NCBI GenBank assembly: GCA_002256025.1
Contig: NKIB01009877.1
Coordinates: 62,001-96,817, forward strand
Reading direction: 5' to 3'
Length of the DNA: 34,817 nucleotides
Origin: Asterionella formosa
Lineage: Eukaryota
The notes beneath the pieces were generated by a model. That model made no database searches, was not told the origin of the DNA, and saw nothing but the letters and a program-made list of their open reading frames with translations. The translations under genes were made by a program, and so were the position numbers. Of the stretch, positions 10,592 to 19,623 are shown piece after piece (the first letter of the stretch is position 1; the number at the start of each line of letters is the position of its first letter).

Positions 10592-11346
10592 CGTTGACAA
10601 AGAAAGAGAAACCCACGTGATCCTGTTTTACTTTCAATTCATAGAAGGAGTCACTCACTCAGGAATTTTGTTGAAGTGTAAAAGCTGAAATGCAAATCTG
10701 TGTGGGCGAAATAAGACAAAAACCGGTATGTACCTGCTACTATCATTGTTAGTAGTTCTACGTTCTACGGCACCGTAGAAAAGTATTTTTTTCAAACACC
10801 ATCATCATAGTATCACAGGCATGCCAACAAGATTGATACAAGCACGATCTGTTGGCAAATCGAAAATAATTCTGATGTTATTATGCATATAACCAAGCTA
10901 AATTTGCCATCCAGGTGTCCTCATGGATATACAGTATAAAGCACGGTTATTGGTCGCACCAGCAACGCAGTACGTATGTGCAGAAGGTGGAAGGACGGCG
11001 GCGACGGCGACGGCGCACTGCAAGTGAATCCAACTCATTTGACTGGTCAATGATTGGTTCTCATGCAACAACCACATGCCAGCCCTCCTAGCTGGCGGAC
11101 TAGTGATAGGGCGGGGCGATGCTGGCAAACGATACATGTGACATACTCCTACATATGTACCAGTCTCTTTGTATTTTTCTTCCTTTTACGGGGCTAAATA
11201 ACTCGCAGTTCCCCCCGATTACGAAATCGCTCTTCATTCGCCCGAAGATTTCGTTGATCATCCATGATAGCTAGACCCACCCAATCTTGAACATAAGTAT
11301 TTTCTCGAACTATCTTTTGAAGAACTCACTAAGCTAGTAACCATAA

Positions 11347-12025
11347 TGATAATTGATGAACTTATAATTTATGAGTGGTTCAGAGACAGTGGTTGTTACT
11401 TCTGGCTGTGTGGTCATTGGAGCGAGTGATGTCATTCTGGGTCATAAAGTAGGGAAACCTGTAGGAAACAGTTGGGGTTCTCAACACACCCTCACCCATG
11501 TAGGACGGAGCAGAATGGTGAGTGGAATCGCCAATAGTGGAAAGGGAAGCGCCAACCGGTGAAAGGGGACACACAACCAGCCAGGTGTACTGCAGGTGGA
11601 GGCATTGGCAGCAGCGTGGATGATTGTATACTAGGGGCACCATGTGGAGGAAGCAAATAATGGTTGCACATGAGGCAGTGGTGCGATGGTGAGTGATGCT
11701 TAGTGAAGTAGTCAGCTAAATTGTCGGAGCCATTTCGCTAATGGACAAAGAATTGCTTTTGCTGCACCTTGTTGCACACCCAATAGAATCGCATGTCGAT
11801 GACTTTGGACCGGCGCTGTTTGATGGCGTTGTTGATGATTCCGGCGGCACAGGCATTGTCGGTTTGGATGGGTATAGTAGGCGGCTGTAGATGGCCTAGG
11901 TTGTGCTGGAGTGTGGTGCACAGCCAGGCAGCATCCTTGGCATTATAGAAGAGGGCGCCCATTTCGGCTTCGGTGGCAGACGACGAGGAAAGGATAACAC
12001 GCATGATACTGCTGAAGGTAACAAG
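11347..12025 (-). mobile_element. Truncated, decayed Ty1/Copia (diatom CoDi-type) retrotransposon: RNase H end, polypurine tract and 3' LTR
   Basis: Translation SSATEAEMGALFYNAK..LGHLQPPTIPIQTDN..IKQRRSKVIDMRFYW..QFFVH*RNGSDNLADYFTKHH, with a TAG at 11740-11738 where Trp is expected. GGGTGAGGGTG (11497-11487) is followed by TGTTGAGA at 11486, and the putative LTR ends ..TCATCAATTATCA at about 11347. Confidence 0.9.
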
Positions 12026-12466
12026 ACATGACCAAGGGTGGAGACTGCCTGCGAGTATTCTTGTGTTCGAGGCTTGGGAGGCGCGAGTAGGTTGACCAAA
12101 CAAGTGGCATGTGCTCCCATGCCACTTGATGCGTTTACTGAAAGCGCTGATCATGGCGGTTATGTTGATAAATCAAGCGGCGCGGGAGGTTGTAAAATTG
12201 ATGAGTTAACAAACGAATAAAAACGACATGGTCAGTGATTTTAACAAGAGTTTTTAGGCACAAAATATTACTGATAAATACATACATACATAGGGTCAGG
12301 TTTTTACTAATGCTGGGCCTGCAGCATTCAAGCAAATAACGGTGGTATAGTTAAAATTGCTCAATGACCTGTATTGCATAGAATTTATTACCGGAATTTA
12401 TTTGTTGCTCTAATTCCGACAAATGAAGACGAAATTGTTTCAGCCTAAAAATTACGAGGTTTTATT

Positions 12467-12614
12467 TTTTGCCCATGACTTTTTGCTTTTGCTCTAACCT
12501 TATCGTTTTTGCTCTATCCCGAACTTTTTTGCTCAATCGCTAAATTTTTTGCTCACTACACGAAAATTTTGCTCATTGCTCCGAGCATTTACTCATCGCT
12601 AAAAAAATTTAATC
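12467..12614 (+). repeat. 20-bp-period array: core TTTTGCTC with variable 12-nt spacers (8 phased cores, 5 perfect)
   Basis: Cores start at 12467 (ttttgccc), 12487, 12507, 12527, 12547, 12567 (ttttgctc), 12587 (atttactc) and 12607 (atttaatc). Confidence 0.85.
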
Positions 12615-13070
12615 ACTGTAAGTTGGCTCGGTTTAGAAGTTATTACCTTTGCGTAATTAAGGTTATAATTTGAATTTTCTTTAAGAAAATACCATTGGCT
12701 AGAAAGACAGCCGACTCCATCGGTCCGTTGTGGCTTCGATACCCTGCAGGCGGGCTGAAACCAAAAAAGCGCGCAGAAGGCGCAATTACCGCACCTTCCT
12801 GAGGACGAGGATTTCTTATGTTGTTTTTTTAAACCGTCGCAGTCTGAGCCCCAAGCCAATACCGATCAGGCATTACAATTATGTAGTCTACATGACAATA
12901 GTTAACATATTCCATGAAGACGTCAGCGTTCTGGCCTCCGACGAACCGGATGGGAAAACGTCGCTCAAGGTTGACTCACACATTCAACACTTTGCAGTGC
13001 CCACCTCCTTCACATCTTCGCCTCTGCCTTTTGTCTAATCACCATTAATTGGAGCAAAGACATTTTCGGC

Positions 13071-14353
13071 ATGACACGGTATAGCTCTTCATTTCTGTTG
13101 TCGGCGATGGCTCTCGCTTGGCTTGCAGATGTGACAGCTTTCTCGCAACATGGGCTACCGCAGATGATGGCGTTGCCAAGAGTCGTTATTCTGCACTCTC
13201 GATACACAAATAGTGCACTTTACATGTCTGTTGAAGGTGACTTCAATCCGGATGTACTGTCGCGTGATGTCTCAGAGGCTCAAGCTGGATCCTTGAAAGC
13301 CAAATTTCGTGCTCTGTACAAATTCACTCGCCCGCACACCATAAGGGGGACAATTCTAGCATCCGTTGCTGGAACTGCCCGAGCATTGATCGACACACCG
13401 GGTGCTATTGCCAATGCAGATTGGGGCTTTATGCTACCAAGAGCAGCCATTGGAATGGTGGCCCTCTTGTTGGGTAATGCATTTATTGTCGGTATCAATC
13501 AGATCTATGACGAAGTAATTGACAAGGTGAACAAGCCATTTTTGCCCGTCGCCAGTGGTGAAATGTCGAAAAAATTTGCCTGGATTGCCGTTGCCATTAG
13601 CGGCGTAGCTGGTCCAGTCCTTGTGTGAGTATCATCTACTGACATGGGATCGTCAAAGTAATATTGTTCTCCTTCCTCTGACTTCACCGTGTGCCCTTTA
13701 TAGCAAAACTTTCTTTCCACCCCTGCTTTTCAAATTATACATGGCGGGTTGGTTCCTTGGAGCCATTTATTCTGTGCCTCCTTTTCGAACAAAACAAAAT
13801 CCTATTCTTGCTGGTCTCACTATCGCTACAGTGCGTGGTTTCCTTCTCAACTTCGGAGTTTATTATGCAGTAAAGGATGCCATTGGCGCTACATTCAGTT
13901 GGTCGCCAAAGGTTGCGTTTATTGCCCGGTTCATGACAACATTTGCCACTGTAATTGCTGTAACAAAGGATTTGCCGGATATTGAAGGAGATAAGGTGAG
14001 TGGAGGAGAATGGAAATGACTTGTCTGTTTGAGTTCGGATCATCATTAACAATACATTATCGCAGGCCAATCAAATCGAAACTTTTGCCACGAAAATCGG
14101 AGTTTCCAGGGTAGCAAAGGGTGCTTCCGCTTGTTTGCTACTTAATTATTTGCATGCTGTTCTCACGGGAGCATTCTCCAGGATAGGTGCATATAATCGG
14201 GTGCCGATGATTGGTGGTCATTTGGCGCTGGCAGCGATTCTGATGGCTAGATTTACCCAGCTAAATACGGAGTCAATGGCATCGATCAAAGTTTACTACA
14301 AACACATTTGGGACCTATTTTACCTTGAGTATGGACTGTATACCCTCATCTAA
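13071..14353 (+). CDS. HST: Homogentisate solanesyltransferase-like UbiA prenyltransferase, plastid-targeted; exons 13071-13624, 13704-13995, 14066-14353; 377 aa
   Basis: [60 protein letters not shown] and [13 protein letters not shown]. Two GTGAGT..AG introns (79 and 70 nt) restore the frame. The signal peptide ends VTA-FS. Confidence 0.92.
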
Positions 14354-14812
14354 TCTATGCTCACAGAAAGTTGTTGCTAATAATTCTTAAACTCAAAGAA
14401 TTTTGCAATTCACTTAGACTTGCCGCCTGTAGCCAATTAATATTGTTGGTTTATCCTCCTCTACTCTCCCACGTGAATACCAGGGCGCAATGCTTTCAAA
14501 GATATCCTGGGAGTAGACTTGGAAAGTGCAGCATACTGGAAAGTACAATAGAAGTGTAACATCTACATGGTAAAGTATCAAACTTCACAGCTGAAAATGC
14601 ATGTTGTGCATGAGACTTGATACGGAGGCTCTGCTGCACGCTGCAACCACATACATTCATTCTATTATTGACCCCAAGCTTAGAGTTTAGCTGGAGATAA
14701 GTCATACTAGCGTTTGATATCAGTCAGAAAGTACGAGATGAAGCAACAAGATTATTATATTACACTGTGAACGCAGGAAGGGAAAGTGGAATGCCAAATA
14801 AAGATCTAGTGA

Positions 14813-15144
14813 TACTATTTGAGTGCTGCAACATCAAGTCTGACATCACCAAAGAGTATGACAACATGACGAAGAAAGCAACTATACAATGCATCAAGAG
14901 GACAAGTCCAAGAAAAATCCATCTTCGACTTCCAACAACAACATCTTTGACAGCAACAAGAACACATCTTCGACTTCCAATGAAATCAAAGACAGCAACA
15001 ACACAACTTCGACTTCCAACAGCATCATTGACAGCTACCAATACTATTTGAGTGCTGCATCATCAACTCTGACATCACCAAAGAAGTATGACCACATGAA
15101 GCAAACAACTATATAATGCATCAAGAGGTTAAGTCCAAGAAAAG
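14813..15144 (+). repeat. About 100-bp direct repeat (14813-14915 and 15043-15144) bracketing three short cttcgacttccaa units
   Basis: tactatttgagtgctgca..ctgacatcaccaaag..aatgcatcaagagg..aagtccaagaaaa occurs twice, 230 bp apart. cttcgacttccaa occurs three times between the copies. Confidence 0.85.
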
Positions 15145-16700
15145 GCAAACTAATAAGAAGATATGCAAGGAACATGCAAGATCAGTGATGGGGTTGGAGG
15201 AAGAGGCCAACTCTTCCTACTTTTCTACACCACACCATTTGCATGGTACACAATGTTCAGATTGTGGGCTACTTTATGGAACAGTAAACAAGCATGGAGA
15301 GATGATTAAATCGTTCTTTTGGGCCCCTTGTCTGCGATACTGCAAAAGTGCAGCTACGAGCTCTGCAGCCCCTGTTAGTACCAGTGGCTGGTCCTGGTAT
15401 ACTCATGGCTTCAGAATAACCTTTTTTAGCCACAAGTGCAATGCAGTGAAAAAATTTACTTTACAATTTAAATGCACCAGGCATGGCAGGGGGGCAGAGC
15501 AATCTATTATCTATATACAATTATCGTATAGACTTTTTCAAAAGGGAATGGCTCACGGTAGTTGTTTGAGCACATTGCCTTTGATTAGAAGTTGTGTGGT
15601 TCGATTCCTGCAATTTCTTTGAGAAGCAATGTTTGGGTTCGACTCCCAACTTTCTTATTCACATTCTCAATCTCCTTCTCCTCGGCTCTTCTTTTCTTCC
15701 TAGTCATATCGTCCAGTGCATCAGTTCCCAGTTTAAAGCACCCAGCCACCACATGATGAAGTCCTGCCATATACCTTTTATTTTGCGCGATCGCCAATAG
15801 CTCAGACTCCTTTGTTTCCAAGCCACCTTATCAAGCTTGATGCTGACCATGCTCGTGGTGCTGGAGGAAGTTGCGTGGTCTCAATTTCAATGGTTAGTGT
15901 TTAGTTCAATTCATTCTGCTGGGTAAAAATCCAATAGCACTGTAGAATTTAAACCCCCTACTACTAGATACTTGTTGTGGTTATTCAATTTCTTCAAAGG
16001 ATACTTCACCATGTCTTTTGTTACTAGCCATGTTATTGTGCCAACTTTGACTGCTACTAATCTAGCTGGTGATAGCACCATACTATGGTAAAGCTCCTCA
16101 ATTTGTAAGTAGCGTTTGTAGCTTCTAGTTCTCTGACAAGCAATGTTGTTCAGAACAAGCTTTACTAAATCCTTATCTAGAGTAGTCTCACACATAACTC
16201 TGTACTTTACTTGAGGTTTGGTGCTTTGCTCTTCGGTTCATTATGCTAAGTAGGGAGATCCGAAAATATGAAAATATGGTATATGGTGATGGTCTTGAGA
16301 GCATTTCAGGATGCATATATTTTGAGAGTACAAAATCGCTTAATTGCTGTAGTGCGAACTATCGTGTTTGTTAAAATTGGGATGGCGCACACAATCGCAC
16401 CATAGTAGTAATAATAATCCAACTGAAGGAAATCATTAAAGGAAACTACATTAATTTGGAGTAAAAATATATAAGCAATTTAGGTGATGCACAATTCAAA
16501 ATGATGAAGTTGCAATGACTGATATTTAACACTTTCACAGCATGAAACATGCTACACTATGGTAGTAATCTGTAGGGCAAACCAAATTTTATTTGATTCC
16601 TCTCCATTTAAAAACTTCAATTAATACTAGTCCATTGATATTTTCAAAATGATTCTTTTGTTTATGAGTTCCACTGATCCAGCTGTTGACTACATATGTC

Positions 16701-16820
16701 AAGAAATTTGCTGACTACAAATAGATTTTGCTGACTATGAATAGAACTTGCTGACAAAGAATAGAATTTTCTGACCACAAATAGAATTTTCCGACTACGA
16801 ATAGAATTTGCCTTTTATGA
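16701..16820 (+). repeat. Six-unit 20-bp tandem array, consensus about ATAGAATTTGCTGACTAYRA
   Basis: Units: aagaaatttgctgactacaa / atagattttgctgactatga / atagaacttgctgacaaaga / atagaattttctgaccacaa / atagaattttccgactacga / atagaatttgccttttatga. Confidence 0.92.
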
Positions 16821-17301
16821 CTAGAAGCTACTACTGAGCAATTTGTGAACTCAAAAACCAAACCATCTTCCAGTTCCTGAATACTATCACCTGTAGAGTA
16901 CTAGTTGAACACAATTTCGATAATCAGAAGATGACTTGGATTTAAGGAATGATAATTTAATGGCAAAGAAAGTTACTTAAGAGTGTTTGGAATGGAAAGC
17001 CAGTCTAACCCTTCTGGCAGGAATGGGATGAATTGGGAGTGAGTCGAAACTGAACAAGTGCGCATAAAACGTGCACATCCGGAGCTTCCAGGTTTTATCA
17101 GGTACCTGGTACCGGTACGCAGTTGGTACCTCGTTGGTATACGACCGCACTCGAAGAGGCGCAGTAATAAGTCACGGAATCCGGCACCTTGACAACTAAA
17201 TATGCACAGTACAACACAAACCGCACGTTTTTAAATACTTCAGAGTGATGGCTGATGCCGATGCTTGACGATATCTGGTGATGCAAACAAGCAAGGTCGT
17301 C

Positions 17302-17342
17302 GTACCTGGTACCTGGTACCTGGTACCAGGGTACCAGGTACC
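17302..17342. repeat. (GGTACC-W)n array upstream of ASNS; second cluster at about 17099-17130
   Basis: gtacc-t-ggtacc-t-ggtacc-t-ggtacc-ag-ggtacc-a-ggtacc. Confidence 0.9.
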
Positions 17343-17463
17343 GCCCATTGCAAGATCATCACAAAAGGTTCATCAAACGATCTATTTATTGTGGTGAGCG
17401 AACCTTGCCGCTAAGTTCTTCAGATCCTCCGACAAACAGCGGATCTGATTGGAATTCTCCAGC

Positions 17464-19407
17464 ATGTGTGGAATCTTCGCCATCTTCTCCTCCGCTCTCC
17501 CGGAACCAGATCTCCGCCGAGAGCTCATCACATGCTCGTCCCGCCTTCGCCACCGTGGTCCTGACTGGTCTGGGTACAAGGTGATTAGCGCTGACCCTGA
17601 GAACGGTATCATGCTGCCTCACGGTATCGCCCATGAACGTCTGGCTATCATGGATCCGGAATCTGGTTCCCAACCTTTAGTGTCGCACGATGGATCTGTG
17701 ATTTGTGCAGCCAATGGCGAGATCTACAACTACAAGGAGCTGTACGAAACACTCAAGACACCGTACTCACCGATGACTGGCTCGGACTGCGAAGCGATTT
17801 TACCCCTTTATGAAGAACACGGACCTACCATTGAGTTGCCACGATTGCTTCGTGGTATGTTCAGTTTCATCTTGTATGATCGCAAAAAGGATCTCTATTT
17901 CATTGTCCGGGATCACCTTGGCATCACGCCTCTCTACATTGGCTGGGGAAATGATGGGTCGGTCTATATTGCATCCGAGATGAAGAGCCTCATTGGGGAG
18001 TGCAGCAAATTTCAGCAGTTTCCCCCTGGACACATCTACAGCAACAAGGGTCCAAAGGCAGGAGAATTCGAGCGTTGGTTCACCCCGACCTGGTCTCCTG
18101 ACATGAAACCTGGTCATTCCCCACCAACTGGAACGTTCCAAGCGGTAAGATTAACAATGATTTTTCCGCATCATATACAGGGTTTTTGTTTTGTGTGAAC
18201 TCACCTGTCGTTGCCCGCTCAACAGGATATTTTGCGTCATTCTTTTGAAAAGGCTGTCGTTCGCCGTATGATGTCCGATGTCCCCTGGGGCGTGCTTCTA
18301 TCTGGTGGACTAGATTCGTCCCTTGTGGCTGCCATTTGTTCTCGTCACATTGCTCGTCGTTCCACTTCTTTCCCAAAGCTTCACTCTTTTACTATTGGTC
18401 TTGAAAATTCTCCTGACATTATAGCTGCACAACAAGTTGCTGATTTTCTCGGAACAATCCACCATGCGTACACATACACTCTTGATGAGGGCGCGGATGC
18501 TGTCCGTGATGTCATTCGTGCTTTAGAGACATATGATCTTACTACCATCCGTGCTTCCACGCCCATGTACCTCATGAGCAGGAAGATCAAGGCAATGGGA
18601 ATCAAGATGGTTTTAAGTGGTGAAGGTGCCGATGAAGTTTTCGGCGGGTACCTATACTTCCACAAATGCCCAAATGCCCAAGAGTTCTACGATGAGACTG
18701 TTGATAAGCTCAGCCGACTCTACATGTATGATTGCCTTCGTTGCAACAAGGCAATGAGTGCTTGGGGTGTCGAGCCACGTGTGCCATTCCTTGATGTGGA
18801 TTTCTTGGATATTGCAATGAATTTGGACCCCCAAGAAAAGATGATTGTCAAGGGACCAGACGTCGCCCCTGGGGATGTCAAAATTGAGAAGTGGGCAATG
18901 CGAAAGGCTTTCGATACACCGGATGACCCATATCTTCCCCATGAAATCCTTTGGAGACAGAAGGAACAGTTCAGCGACGGTATGTGAGGTTCTCAATCGT
19001 TGTAAACTTGTCTGACGTGTCCCTAACATGTTTCCTCTTGGTCCATAGGCGTTGGCTACGGATGGGTAGATAGCCTCAAGGAAATTGCAGAAAAGGAAAT
19101 CTCTGACCAAATGTTTGCTGCTGCTGGAAACCGCTTCCCGCACAACACCCCGACAACCAAGGAAGGATACAGGTACCGTATGATCTTCGAGGAGCTTTTC
19201 CCCGGAGATGCTGCTGTGATGACTGTTCCCGGTGGAAAGAGCATTGCTTGTTCGACAGAAAGGGCAATGGCATGGGACGAGTCATTCAGCAAGCGTGCAG
19301 ACCCAAGTGGACGTTCTGCTGGTGTTCATGACTCAGCATACGATCACCATTTTGAAGCTGATGATAAGGTCTCAGCTGAACCTCCTTCAAAAAAAGTGAA
19401 AAACTAA
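17464..19407 (+). CDS. ASNS: Asparagine synthetase (glutamine-hydrolysing); exons 17464-18144, 18226-18979, 19049-19407; 597 aa
   Basis: N-terminal MCGIF (Ntn Cys), [41 protein letters not shown] and [19 protein letters not shown] introns of 81 and 69 nt join the three ORFs in frame. Confidence 0.96.
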
Positions 19408-19623
19408 AGCGCTTGCACCAATAAAGAATCGTCAGAGAGTTTTAACTGTAATAAACATGTCGCTGGTCAAAATAAATGTTAGCTTATTGACTGCTACGTT
19501 GTATTCGGGATACAACATACGTGCGCTCTAGCTGTTGCATGCCCATAGTAAAGGATGGAGAGTTCGGCAACTTGCCACCAGTGATCCAATCTCAAACTTT
19601 ATTATATACCGACAGCGCTGACA

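Noticed and set aside
11190..11260. tRNA gene (5' end resembles GGGGCTATAGCTCAG)
   Set aside because: I could not fold a cloverleaf or find a proper T-loop/B-box or a matching acceptor stem.
12467..12614. CRISPR array
   Set aside because: The 8-nt core and 12-nt spacers are far too short, there are no cas genes, and the context is eukaryotic. Kept only as a phased repeat.
1250..19407. Metabolic or self-resistance gene cluster (AHAS, HST, ASNS)
   Set aside because: The pathways are unrelated, housekeeping genes and TE relics are interleaved, and no biosynthetic core enzyme is present.
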